IMG/VR virus record: IMGVR_UViG_3300037419_000912
Span: 1 to 46,177 of that record
DNA from: a virus
Lineage: Duplodnaviria; Caudoviricetes
Reading direction: 5' to 3' (one strand)
DNA: 46,177 nucleotides
Shown one piece after another: positions 1-8,822 of this stretch. The first letter of the stretch is position 1, and each line of letters starts with the position of its first letter. The notes under the pieces were generated by a model. The model ran no database searches and was not told the DNA's origin. It saw only the letters and a list, made by a program, of their open reading frames with translations. The position numbers and the translations under genes are program-made.

Positions 1-211
1 CAAGGAACCTCCGACCGTGGCGCCCGGCTGCGTGGCCGTGTTCGACCGCGTCCGCGACGCCTGGGGCGTGCAGGCCCTACCCAAGCCCGAGCCGTCCAAG
101 GACGACACGGACCCGGGCACGCCCAGGGGCGCCGCCCGCGCGCACCGTGACGCGCTGTTGCGCGCGTCCGATTGGGTCGTCCTGCGCTCCTATGAACGCG
201 GCGAGCCGGTC
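1..211. repeat. Terminal direct repeat or assembly overlap, left copy
   Basis: 1-211 matches 45967-46177 except at 128, 129 and 131 (G here, A in the right copy); implies a circular or circularly permuted genome. Confidence 0.95.
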
Positions 212-310
212 CCCAAAACGTGGGCGGACTACCGGCAGTCCCTGCGCGACGTGCCCTCGCAGGAGGGCTACCCCGATTCCGTCAACTGGCCCGAGGCCCC
301 CGCAGCATGA
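1..310 (+). CDS. Tail fibre assembly chaperone, C-terminal part (gene starts at 45857 and wraps across the ends)
   Basis: RAHRDALLRASDW...WADYRQSLRDVPSQEGYPDSVNWPEAP is a typical tail-fibre chaperone C-terminus; follows the fibre gene. Confidence 0.8.
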   Translation, partial: KEPPTVAPGCVAVFDRVRDAWGVQALPKPEPSKDDTDPGTPRGAARAHRDALLRASDWVVLRSYERGEPVPKTWADYRQSLRDVPSQEGYPDSVNWPEAPAA

Positions 311-3195
311 CCACGCTACAAACCCTGTCGTCGGCCGTCAAGGTCGCGACCGACGCCGCCACGACCGCGACCGGCCAAGCGAACATCGCCACGATTGCGC
401 GCAAAGCGACCGAAAAAGCGGCCACGCAAGTTGCCGTCGATGCGGGCGCGGTGGCCTCTGCGGCGACCATCGCGGTTGCCATCAACAATCGGATTTACCC
501 CGGCCTGTATAACGCCGACCCCGTCGCGCGGCCTGACGGGTCGCCCATCCAAGACGGTGACGTTTGCTCGCTCGTGTCGGGCGTCATGCGCGTTCGCATC
601 GCGGGCGCGTGGCAGGATTGGACGACCGCGAGCGGGGCCGCTGCCGAGGCTGCGGCAGACGCCGCCGCGCTGTCGGAATCGTTCGCCGAGGATTGGGCGA
701 CGAAAACGGCCGGCGACGTGGACGGGGCCGGCGCCTATTCGGCCAAGGAATACGCCCAGGGCGCCCAGGCGGCCACGGGGGGCAGCGCCAAGAATTGGGC
801 GCAACAGACGGGCGCGGACGTGACGGGGGCGGGCGCGGGCTCGCGCAGCGCCAAGAGCTGGTCGCAAGACGACCTCACCCCAGGGGCCGGCAACCTGGGC
901 GGCAGCGCCAAGGATTGGGCGCAAAGCGGCGGGCTCCCCGACGGCGTCAACAAGTCGGCCAAGGGCTTCGCCGCCGATGCGAAAGCATCACGCGACGGCA
1001 TCGACAATCGGATTTACCCCGGCACCTACGCCGTAGACCCGGTCACGCGGCCCGATGGCTCGGCCATGGTTGACGGTGACGTTTGCTTTACGACCGGCAA
1101 CGTTCCCAAAGTTTACGGCGGCGGCGTGTGGGCCATCGTGGCGGCTCCCTCGTCGGCGGACCTCGCCAACAGCGCGGACCCGACCAAGGGCGCGGCCCTC
1201 ATCGGGTATGACGGCGCGGCCGTGCAAGCGGTCCTCGACGCGGCCAAGCCGATGGCAAGCTATGCCGCCCTGCGCGCCTACACGGGGCGCGCGTCGGGGG
1301 TGCGTATTACCGCAATTGGCCTGTCGGGCTTTTTCGTTCGCGACGCGACCGACGTAACCACGGCAGACGATAGCGGAACGGTCATCGTGGACGGTTCGGG
1401 CCGCCGCTGGAAACGCATTTACGCGGGTTCGGCCCTCGACGTGCGTTGGTTCGGCGCGGTCGCGAACAGCGCGGCAGACCAAACGGCCGCCATCCAGGCC
1501 GCCGAGAACGCCGCCGTCGCCATCGGGGCGGCTTCGTCACGATACCCGGTAATTTCGTTCCCGGCAGGCGACTTCCGCTGCAACTATCTGACGTGGAACA
1601 AGGTAGCAAGCTGGGTCGGCGCCGAGGTCGGTAACACGCGCCTTTTGTATAACGGCGTGGACAACACGGCGGGGTCGTACATCGTTGGCCTTGCGGCAGG
1701 CGCGGGGGCGGTTCCCTACGCCGGCTTCTACAACATGACCTTTAGCGGGTTCGACAGCACGAGCACGGCCAACCCCTGCGCCGCGCATTGCATCTTGAAT
1801 CTGGGTACGAACCTCGATTGGGGATTCAAGCTAGAGAACCTGTCGTTCGCGAATTGCTTTGACGACGCATTGCAACTGCGCGGCGCGGCGTCAGTGTTCG
1901 TGAACCTGTACGCCAACCGTCTGCGTTGGGACGCGGTCGGCGGCTTCGGTATCTACCTGGGCAGCAACAACACCAACTCGGGCTCGCCGTTCGTCCTCGA
2001 CCAATTCACGCTCGACAACAACCTGTCGGCGAACATGATTACCAAAATGACCGCGCAGGGGCGGTACGACGGCTCGCGCTGGGGTAAGGGTGTTCTCCGT
2101 GTCGAGGACGGCCAAGGGGCCGGCATCCGCGCGAGCAACGCGCGAATCGAGTTGAACCGTAAACTCATTTTGCACAATGGGCAGACGGCGTTGTTCTACT
2201 CCAATCAAACGATTGCGAGTACGCGTTGCTTGATCGAAGTGACCAACATTCACGGCACGGGGCGTCAGGACCAACAGACGTTCATGTGCCGCGACGTGAC
2301 GGGGCGAACCGACTTCCGTTGGTCACAGGTGAGCATGAGCGCGGTTCTCATGTTCCGATGCGACACGACGCCCGAGCGCGACATTTACCGCAACCAAGTT
2401 GGCAACGGCGTTTCGCTGTCAATCACGACCCAACAGCTCGGCCTATCCATCTACGGGCATGCGGTGGAGTTCCGCAACCAGCCGCCCGAACAGCTCCCCA
2501 GCGTGTTTGCGAGCTACAGGTTCGGCGACATTGTCTACAGCACAACGAGCGGCGCAGGCAAGCCCGTTGCATGGCAATGTCGTTTCCCGGCGGCGGGGGC
2601 GGGCTTCGCGCTGGCGAACAGCAACAACATTACGACCACGGCCGTAGTTACGGCGGCCAGCAACGTGGTTAGTGTCTCGTCGGCGCTGTTGTCGAACTTC
2701 GCCGTCGGCTTGAATATCACCCTTGTTGGAGCGGGCGTGGCGGGCGCGGACCTCGACACGCGCGTTACGGCGTATGACGAGGTCAACAACACGATTACCG
2801 TAAACGACGTTCCGACAACGGGGGTCAATCCGGCGACCATCAAAGCCAAGGGCGCGCAGTTTACGCCCATGCTGTACCAACAGGGTGTTTCGGCCGACAA
2901 GGGCAACGCGGCGTTTACGCTGACGCTCGGCTCAAGCGAACCGACGGCCTACGTCAATTCGCCCCTGACGGCGAACCGTGCCGTTACGCTGCAAGTCAGC
3001 GCGGCGAACCTGGGGACCATCGCGCTCGCGCATGGCCGGTTCCGCATCGTGCGGACGGCTGCGAGTACGGGGGCGTTCACGTTGGACGTGCCACACGCCG
3101 CCGGGACCAAGTCACTTGCGACCGGGCAATGGTGCGAAGTGGAATACCAAGGCTCGTCCGGTACTTGGATTCTTACGGCGTTCGGTAGTCTGTAA
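307..3195 (+). CDS. Tailspike / depolymerase-type receptor-binding protein
   Basis: ATG 307 overlaps the upstream TGA; N-terminal repeats, DLANSADPTKGAALIGY anchor-like segment, DVRWFGA...DQTAAIQAA...FPAGDF beta-helix entry motif. Confidence 0.8.
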   Translation: MTTLQTLSSAVKVATDAATTATGQANIATIARKATEKAATQVAVDAGAVASAATIAVAINNRIYPGLYNADPVARPDGSPIQDGDVCSLVSGVMRVRIAGAWQDWTTASGAAAEAAADAAALSESFAEDWATKTAGDVDGAGAYSAKEYAQGAQAATGGSAKNWAQQTGADVTGAGAGSRSAKSWSQDDLTPGAGNLGGSAKDWAQSGGLPDGVNKSAKGFAADAKASRDGIDNRIYPGTYAVDPVTRPDGSAMVDGDVCFTTGNVPKVYGGGVWAIVAAPSSADLANSADPTKGAALIGYDGAAVQAVLDAAKPMASYAALRAYTGRASGVRITAIGLSGFFVRDATDVTTADDSGTVIVDGSGRRWKRIYAGSALDVRWFGAVANSAADQTAAIQAAENAAVAIGAASSRYPVISFPAGDFRCNYLTWNKVASWVGAEVGNTRLLYNGVDNTAGSYIVGLAAGAGAVPYAGFYNMTFSGFDSTSTANPCAAHCILNLGTNLDWGFKLENLSFANCFDDALQLRGAASVFVNLYANRLRWDAVGGFGIYLGSNNTNSGSPFVLDQFTLDNNLSANMITKMTAQGRYDGSRWGKGVLRVEDGQGAGIRASNARIELNRKLILHNGQTALFYSNQTIASTRCLIEVTNIHGTGRQDQQTFMCRDVTGRTDFRWSQVSMSAVLMFRCDTTPERDIYRNQVGNGVSLSITTQQLGLSIYGHAVEFRNQPPEQLPSVFASYRFGDIVYSTTSGAGKPVAWQCRFPAAGAGFALANSNNITTTAVVTAASNVVSVSSALLSNFAVGLNITLVGAGVAGADLDTRVTAYDEVNNTITVNDVPTTGVNPATIKAKGAQFTPMLYQQGVSADKGNAAFTLTLGSSEPTAYVNSPLTANRAVTLQVSAANLGTIALAHGRFRIVRTAASTGAFTLDVPHAAGTKSLATGQWCEVEYQGSSGTWILTAFGSL

Positions 3196-3220
3196 TACGC
3201 CTCCCGCGTAGCACGCAAAT

Positions 3221-3244
3221 AAAGGCCGCCTCGTGCGGCCTTTT
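3221..3244 (+). terminator. Intrinsic terminator after tailspike
   Basis: aaaggccgc-ctcgt-gcggcctttt hairpin with T tract. Confidence 0.75.
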
Positions 3245-3305
3245 CCATTTCCGGGGTAGGTGGTATCCTACGGCCCCAATAGCACGAATATTGGGGGTCC
3301 GCAGC

Positions 3306-3704
3306 ATGCCGAACAATCAGACGCCGGACTTACTCGTCCTGTTTACGGTCTTGCTCGCCGGCATTTTCTCGCCCGCGCTGTCGGCCGTCCTCGCCCCCTA
3401 CCTCGTCATCATCCTTGGCGCCCTCCTGGGTGCCGGCTGGGGCCTCAAGCGCCGCAGCGTCCCGACCTCGCACGGCGGCATGTTCGCGTTTACCGCCCTC
3501 ATGCTCGGGACCGCCCTCGTTTTCACCATGCCGGCGGCCGTGTGGCTGCAACGCTACCTCGGCCCCGGCTCCCTGCAATGGCTCTTGGCGCCCGTCGCCG
3601 CCGTCATCGCCGCCATTGGCGAGGATTGGCCGCGCGTCGGGGCCTGGGCAATGGAAGTTGGCCGCCGCGTCATCAGCCGCAGAGCTGGCGCGGGTTCCGA
3701 GTAA
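3306..3704 (+). CDS. Holin-like membrane protein
   Basis: About four hydrophobic segments, basic C-terminus, upstream of the endolysin. Confidence 0.65.
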   Translation: MPNNQTPDLLVLFTVLLAGIFSPALSAVLAPYLVIILGALLGAGWGLKRRSVPTSHGGMFAFTALMLGTALVFTMPAAVWLQRYLGPGSLQWLLAPVAAVIAAIGEDWPRVGAWAMEVGRRVISRRAGAGSE

Positions 3705-3721
3705 ACGCCGAGGGGCACCCC

Positions 3722-4015
3722 ATGACCACGACCGCGCAACTTTTGAACTTCGTAAACCTCGTCCTCTGTTTCGCCTACGGGCTGTCGGCAATGTGCCGGC
3801 TCGCGCGAATGCATAACCGGGTCGCCCTGCGGGTCGCGCTCGTGTACCTCGCGCTGTTCGTCGGCTCCGTCGTGTCGGGGCTGCAATTCTTTTTCTTCGG
3901 CACGCTCGCCGGCTGGCCCGACGTGGTCGGCTCGGCGGTCGTCTGCGCCGCACTGTGGCTCACGATGCACGAATGGCGCGAGGGTCCGCCCGCCGCCTCG
4001 TGCGTGAGGGCCTGA
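3722..4015 (+). CDS. Second lysis membrane protein (holin/antiholin-like)
   Basis: GAGGGG RBS; about three TM segments; directly precedes the endolysin. Confidence 0.6.
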   Translation: MTTTAQLLNFVNLVLCFAYGLSAMCRLARMHNRVALRVALVYLALFVGSVVSGLQFFFFGTLAGWPDVVGSAVVCAALWLTMHEWREGPPAASCVRA

Positions 4016-4016
4016 C

Positions 4017-4700
4017 GTGTTCCCCCGCACCCCCGCGCAATGGGCGTACCTCCTGGGCGCCCTGGGCGTCAAGGCGACGACGGCCGCGAAGTTCGCCGAG
4101 GCGTTCGCCACGTACTGCACGCCTGACGCCCTCAACCTGGGCGAGCGCGAGCTAGACGACCTGTTGGGGCAAGCCCTCATGGAGTCGGGCAAGCTGGAAC
4201 GGCTGTCGGAGGGCCTACAGTACCGCGCGGCGCGAATCCGCGAGCTGGGGGCCATGATGGGCGCCGGCTCCCGCTGGGCACGCGCTGCGGCCTCTGCCGA
4301 CGCCCTGGCGGCCCGCCGCGACGACGGCACGCCCTACCCCGACGCCGCCGAGCGGGAACAGGCCCTAGCGGAAGTTCTCTACGGCGGCCGGTTCGGCAAC
4401 GACAACCCCGGCGACGGCTGGCGCTATCGTGGGCGCGGTCTGCCGCAAATCACGTTCGCCGCGAACTACGCCCGCGTCGGCAAGGCCCTGGGCCTCGACC
4501 TCCTGGCCGACCCCGACTTGCTGTTGCGCCCCGACGTGGCCGTCCGCGCGCTCCTGGCATGGTGGGAGGACACCGTAACGGACGACGCCGTAGACCATGA
4601 CGACCGGGTCCGAAAGCTGGTCAACGGCTCGACCCTCGGCGTCGCCGAAACCGCCAAGCTCGCGGCGGCTGCACGGGCGGCCCTGCCGCAGCTCGCATGA
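4017..4700 (+). CDS. Endolysin, glycoside hydrolase family 19 (chitinase-like)
   Basis: ESG..L.E catalytic region and GDGWRYRGRGLPQITFAANY motif. Confidence 0.9.
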   Translation: MFPRTPAQWAYLLGALGVKATTAAKFAEAFATYCTPDALNLGERELDDLLGQALMESGKLERLSEGLQYRAARIRELGAMMGAGSRWARAAASADALAARRDDGTPYPDAAEREQALAEVLYGGRFGNDNPGDGWRYRGRGLPQITFAANYARVGKALGLDLLADPDLLLRPDVAVRALLAWWEDTVTDDAVDHDDRVRKLVNGSTLGVAETAKLAAAARAALPQLA

Positions 4701-5230
4701 GCCCGGCCGACCTCATCCCCCCGCAGTACCGCGCCATCGCCGTGGCGGGCCTCCTGGCGACCGTGGCGGGCCTGGGCTTCGCCGGGGGCTGGGCGGTCAA
4801 TGGCTGGCGCCTGGGCGGCGTCGTGGCCACGGTCAAGGCCCAGGCCGCCGAGGACAAGACCAAGGCCGTCGCCGGCACCCTGGCGCAGCTCAAGACCGCC
4901 ACGGCGGAACGCGATCGGCTGGCCGCCCAGCTTGCGGCCGACGACAAGACCCATACCGCAAACCTCGCGAGGTTGACCAATGAAAATGAAGCTCTGCGCG
5001 GCGCTGTTGCCGCTGGTTCTCGCGTCGTGCGCGTCCGTGGCGCCGTCTGCCCCGAGCGAGCCGCCGATGTGCCCCAAGCCCCCGCCGGTATCGGCGTGGA
5101 TTCTGGAACCGGAGCCGTCCTTGCTCCTGCGGCTGGACAGGATTTTTTCGACCTCCGAGCCGCCGTCATCCGAACCGGCGAAAAGCTCGCCGCCTGCCAA
5201 GACGCCGTAAGACGTATGACGGGCCAATGA
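4697..5230 (+). CDS. Rz: i-spanin (Rz)
   Basis: N-terminal TM segment, coiled-coil periplasmic region, follows the endolysin. Confidence 0.85.
   Translation: MSPADLIPPQYRAIAVAGLLATVAGLGFAGGWAVNGWRLGGVVATVKAQAAEDKTKAVAGTLAQLKTATAERDRLAAQLAADDKTHTANLARLTNENEALRGAVAAGSRVVRVRGAVCPERAADVPQAPAGIGVDSGTGAVLAPAAGQDFFDLRAAVIRTGEKLAACQDAVRRMTGQ
4980..5210 (+). CDS. Rz1: o-spanin (Rz1), embedded in Rz in another frame
   Basis: Lipoprotein signal with LASC lipobox and Pro-rich mature region, fully inside Rz. Confidence 0.85.
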   Translation: MKMKLCAALLPLVLASCASVAPSAPSEPPMCPKPPPVSAWILEPEPSLLLRLDRIFSTSEPPSSEPAKSSPPAKTP

Positions 5231-5259
5231 TTGCAAGTTGACTCCATCGACCGATGGTT

Positions 5260-5293
5260 GCCCCCGGCCGCGTGAGCGAACCGGGGGCTTTTT
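5260..5293 (+). terminator. Intrinsic terminator between the convergent lysis and polymerase genes
   Basis: gcccccgg...ccgggggc stem followed by ttttt. Confidence 0.75.
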
Positions 5294-7710
5294 CATGCCT
5301 TGCGATAGCGACGGCCGCGCCAGCCGCCCGCAGCCTTGATCGGCCACGGCTTGCCCTTGTAGGTCGCCCAGGGAGGTAGCCGCGTCATTTCAGCCTCGTG
5401 GCCCTCGACGGAGCCCCAGCCCTGCGGAACCTCCGTAACGTCCTCGTCGTAAACGTGCAGGACGACCGCGTAGCCCGCGCGCTCAAGGTTGACGATGGCG
5501 TTTCGTTGAATGTCGCGCGCCGTGGCTTGAACGACGTTCTCGCACCATTTGCCCGAGTAAATGTACTGACGAATCCAGCCGGGCGGGCCGTTCTTGGGGT
5601 TGGTGTTATACCCCTCATACGACATTTGCCACTGTCCGCCCCACTGGCGCCCGCTCGCCTCAAGGCGTGGCCGCCAATACTTGAGGTCGCGCCCCGACGG
5701 GAGGCGGCAGTACAACACGTCGTCATGCGCGCCGCCGTAAACGAACGATATTCCGCTATACGTGCCGTCGAGCCGTAATACGTGTTTCCACTGGCCCGGC
5801 TCTTGGACGGCCGCAATCGCCATGCCCTCAAGCCCGAACAGCTCGGGCCAGCGTTGGTATCCCTCGCGCCGCTCCTGGCCGCCCCAAAAGTAAACGACGG
5901 CCGGCGAGGCCCCGCGCCATTTGAGAATCGCGTCCTTGAGTTCGTCGTCTGTGCCCTCCATGCGAATGAAGGGCGAACGCAGCGCGCCAATCCAGCCGCC
6001 GAACCCTAGGCCCAGCTCCAACCGCTTGCCCTTGTCGCGCAACGGATGGTGCATGCCGTTGGCCTCTTTGTAGGCGAGCATTTCGGCCACGCTCACGCCG
6101 AACGCACGCGACGCGGATTCCAGATAGATAGAAGTTTCCCCGGCGAAAACCTCTACGCGCCAATCCTCGCCAGCGAGACACGCAGTTACCACGGCCTCAA
6201 TTGCTGTGAAGTCCGACGCGATGAGGTCGTACCCTGGCGCAGCGACAAACAGCCCGCGCAGACACCCCGACACGGCCAACATAGCGTCGCCGTAGAAGTA
6301 TTGAACGGCCGCCATGCTGTTGGTTCGGATGACCTCTAGCACGTCCTCTATGCCGTCCGCGCCCCATTCGACTTGCTCGGGCGGCTTGGGATGCGATGCG
6401 CCGCACCAGGGGCACGCGGTCTTATGCTGCATGCCGGCATGCTTGCCGCAACCGTAGCCCAGCGACTTGCCCTTGGGGTCGTGGCCGCAGCGGTAAACGT
6501 CGGGGCCGGCCTTGGGCAAGTTCGTTGGCTGCGGACCCTCGCCGGTCGGGCGCCCCGTGCGTGCGCCGTGATAGTTAAACAGGTCGTGCAGCCGGTCGCG
6601 CGAGCTGATTTGATTCGCCATCGCGAATACTTTTTTCACGCTCGCCGAGCCCGCCAACTGGCGCAGCTCCAACGCGCGGCGCGCGGGGTAGACCATGCCC
6701 GGCGGATGCGGGGGCATGCGCGCTAGTTGCGCCTCTATCGCCTCGTCGTCCATGGCGCCGGGGCCGTCGGCCATCCGCACGCCCTGGCCTGCGAGCCAGC
6801 CTTTCAGCCGCTCAAGCTGCGACGGACGCTCAACGATGCCGCCCGTAAGACGGAACATTTCGCCGTCGAACGACTCTAGGCACTGTTCCACGATGGCGAC
6901 GCAGGACAACAGCGAGGGCCGGTCAACGTGGACGCCGCGCCGGTTGATGAGCTGGTCCGCCAACCAAAAGTCGAGTTCGTCGCCCTCAAGGTCCGCCGTC
7001 AAGCTGGCGGCCTCGGCCTCCGTGACCGTGTCGGTATCGCAGTAGGAGTACAGGGCCTCGCCGTCTACGGGGTCGTCCTGCGGCGTTATACGCGTGCGGC
7101 GGTCTTTCTGCGTCGGCGTGCGCGGAACGGAAAACTTGTCGAGCAACGCTTTACCGCGCCCGTCCTTGAGAACGTCGAGCCCCAACACGTCGCCGGCCAA
7201 CGCGAGCTTGCCGGGCAGGCCCGAGGCCCTGGCCTTTGCCATGCTGCAACGCAGTTGGAAGAGGTTAAGCGGCGGCCAGCCATAGCGACGCACGCAAACG
7301 CAATTCCATATCCACCATTCGAACGCCGTGTTCCAGCCGGCCAACAGGCCGCCGCGCTGCACGTAGCCCAGGAGGTCGAGCGGCGCCGGCAGGCCCGGCC
7401 GCCAACGTTGCACGCCGCGCCCGTCCTTGAGGTTATACGACAGCGTTAGAACGTCGGTCGAGGGGTGTTCCGCGTAAACGGCCGCACCCACGACGCCCAG
7501 GCCCTTGGACCCTTTCGGGGCGCCCTTGGGGCCTTGCCATTTGCCGGCCTGGGGGTTCTTGTCGGTGGGCTGCGGAACCCACACGTACCCGGCTTCGCTG
7601 TAGGTTTCAAAGTCGAGATTCGGTAATACGGTCGTGACGCCCAGGCCGACGCGCCATTGACTGCCGGCCGGCATGAGCGCCGGATGCACGCGGGCGGGGG
7701 TCGTGGTCAT
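5293..7710 (-). CDS. Family A DNA polymerase with 3'-5' exonuclease
   Basis: ExoI LDFETYSE, ExoII WNTAFE, ExoIII YCDTD; motif A SDFTAIEA, motif B RDKGKRLELGLGFGG, motif C HVYDE; start at ATG 7710 coupled to the upstream stop. Confidence 0.92.
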   Translation of the reverse strand: MTTTPARVHPALMPAGSQWRVGLGVTTVLPNLDFETYSEAGYVWVPQPTDKNPQAGKWQGPKGAPKGSKGLGVVGAAVYAEHPSTDVLTLSYNLKDGRGVQRWRPGLPAPLDLLGYVQRGGLLAGWNTAFEWWIWNCVCVRRYGWPPLNLFQLRCSMAKARASGLPGKLALAGDVLGLDVLKDGRGKALLDKFSVPRTPTQKDRRTRITPQDDPVDGEALYSYCDTDTVTEAEAASLTADLEGDELDFWLADQLINRRGVHVDRPSLLSCVAIVEQCLESFDGEMFRLTGGIVERPSQLERLKGWLAGQGVRMADGPGAMDDEAIEAQLARMPPHPPGMVYPARRALELRQLAGSASVKKVFAMANQISSRDRLHDLFNYHGARTGRPTGEGPQPTNLPKAGPDVYRCGHDPKGKSLGYGCGKHAGMQHKTACPWCGASHPKPPEQVEWGADGIEDVLEVIRTNSMAAVQYFYGDAMLAVSGCLRGLFVAAPGYDLIASDFTAIEAVVTACLAGEDWRVEVFAGETSIYLESASRAFGVSVAEMLAYKEANGMHHPLRDKGKRLELGLGFGGWIGALRSPFIRMEGTDDELKDAILKWRGASPAVVYFWGGQERREGYQRWPELFGLEGMAIAAVQEPGQWKHVLRLDGTYSGISFVYGGAHDDVLYCRLPSGRDLKYWRPRLEASGRQWGGQWQMSYEGYNTNPKNGPPGWIRQYIYSGKWCENVVQATARDIQRNAIVNLERAGYAVVLHVYDEDVTEVPQGWGSVEGHEAEMTRLPPWATYKGKPWPIKAAGGWRGRRYRKA

Positions 7711-7988
7711 CAGCCGGAACGGGTACGGGTCACGAGGGGCGAGGGGACAGCGGCGGGCGCGTCGGCGACGCCGGGAAAGCGGTTTGCGCGCCAGCGTTCC
7801 ATTTCGTCGGCGGCCTTGAGGGCTTGCGCGATTTTCTCGGGCTCGTGGTTGCCGTCGCTCATGGTCGCCCAATGGCGGACAGCTTGCGCGGCGACGGGGT
7901 CTTTCGCGCGTAAGACGAACAGCGGTTCGTCGGGCTCAGCTTTGTTGAGGCACGACGCCGGGTTGCGGAGGTTGTCGGCTTTGTTCAT
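7710..7988 (-). CDS. Hypothetical phage protein
   Basis: Tightly coupled ORF containing DEPLFVLRAKD. Confidence 0.7.
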   Translation of the reverse strand: MNKADNLRNPASCLNKAEPDEPLFVLRAKDPVAAQAVRHWATMSDGNHEPEKIAQALKAADEMERWRANRFPGVADAPAAVPSPLVTRTRSG

Positions 7989-8157
7989 GGTCGGGGATGC
8001 GATGGGCGAGCGGAACGCAAACGATTTGCGACGAGCCGCCGGGGTGGGGTGGGAGGATGGCTACGAAATAGCCCCATGCCGCCGCGTCGCGCAAGAGCTG
8101 TTCCGCTTGGTAGCGGAGCGCGGCGACGCGGCGGGCTGGCGGCGTGGGTTCGTGCAT
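7936..8157 (-). CDS. Small hypothetical protein
   Basis: ATG overlaps the stop of the upstream gene; fills the operon gap. Confidence 0.45.
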   Translation of the reverse strand: MHEPTPPARRVAALRYQAEQLLRDAAAWGYFVAILPPHPGGSSQIVCVPLAHRIPDHEQSRQPPQPGVVPQQS

Positions 8158-8753
8158 TACTTGACCGTCGCCGCGTCGATGCGCGCCCGCAGCCATTCGG
8201 CGCCGAGCTTGCCGAGTTTCTTTTTCTGCGCCTTGGTGACGCGGAACGCGGCCACGACCATGGCGTCACCGCTCGCGGGCTTGGGGCCGCTGCCGGGACG
8301 GGCGCCGCCGCGCTTCGCGGGGGTCTTGGCGGGCTTGGCCTTGGCTTTCGCGGCCGGCTTCGCCTTGGGCTTGCTGGCGGCCTTGGCGGGGGCTCTCTTG
8401 GCCGCCGCTTTCTTGGCGGGCGCGGGGGCTGCGGCGGTCTTGCCTGCGGCCTCGCGGGCGGCCTTGGCCTGGGCGGCGCGGGCCTTGCCGGCGGCGACCT
8501 TGCGCGGGTCTTTCACCTTGGCCGGCGCGGGCTCCTGGCGGACCTCGGCGGGCGCCGTGGCGGGGCCGTCGGACGGCAGGGCGTGGGCGGCAGCGCGGGC
8601 GATGACCTGTTGCCAGCTCTTAGGCGGACGGCCGGGCAGCGGGACGACGCGGCCGGATTCGTAAACGCGCAGGGTGCGGACGACCTTGTCGCCGCCGTTG
8701 GTCTTGGGCTCACGCGTGGATGCGACGGGCCGACGGTTGAGGTTGCGGTTCAT
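8157..8753 (-). CDS. Histone H1-like basic protein with AT-hook-like and ribbon-helix-helix-like C-terminus
   Basis: K/A/P-rich repeats, KRGGARPGSGPKP, then VVAAFRVTKAQKKKLGKLGAEWLRARID; AAAGGA RBS. Confidence 0.7.
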   Translation of the reverse strand: MNRNLNRRPVASTREPKTNGGDKVVRTLRVYESGRVVPLPGRPPKSWQQVIARAAAHALPSDGPATAPAEVRQEPAPAKVKDPRKVAAGKARAAQAKAAREAAGKTAAAPAPAKKAAAKRAPAKAASKPKAKPAAKAKAKPAKTPAKRGGARPGSGPKPASGDAMVVAAFRVTKAQKKKLGKLGAEWLRARIDAATVK

Positions 8754-8786
8754 GGGTAAACGTTCCTTTCAAGAACGATGGTTGCG

Positions 8787-8815
8787 AAAACGCCCCGGCG
8801 TATTACGGCCGGGGC
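8787..8815 (-). terminator. Intrinsic terminator after the SSB gene
   Basis: Minus strand gccccggc-cgtaatac-gccggggc-gtttt. Confidence 0.75.
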
Positions 8816-8822
8816 ACGGAGC

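Noticed and set aside
220-306. Upstream extensions in the ORF track (tailspike 220, polymerase 7872, exonuclease 11510, helicase 12151, DUF1643 14416)
   Set aside because: They overlap neighbouring genes or promoters; downstream ATGs with stop-start coupling or a better RBS/promoter context fit better
5293-7710. DpoZ / modified-base (2-aminoadenine) genome
   Set aside because: No PurZ, dATPase or other base-modification genes were recognised, and restriction-site avoidance suggests unmodified DNA
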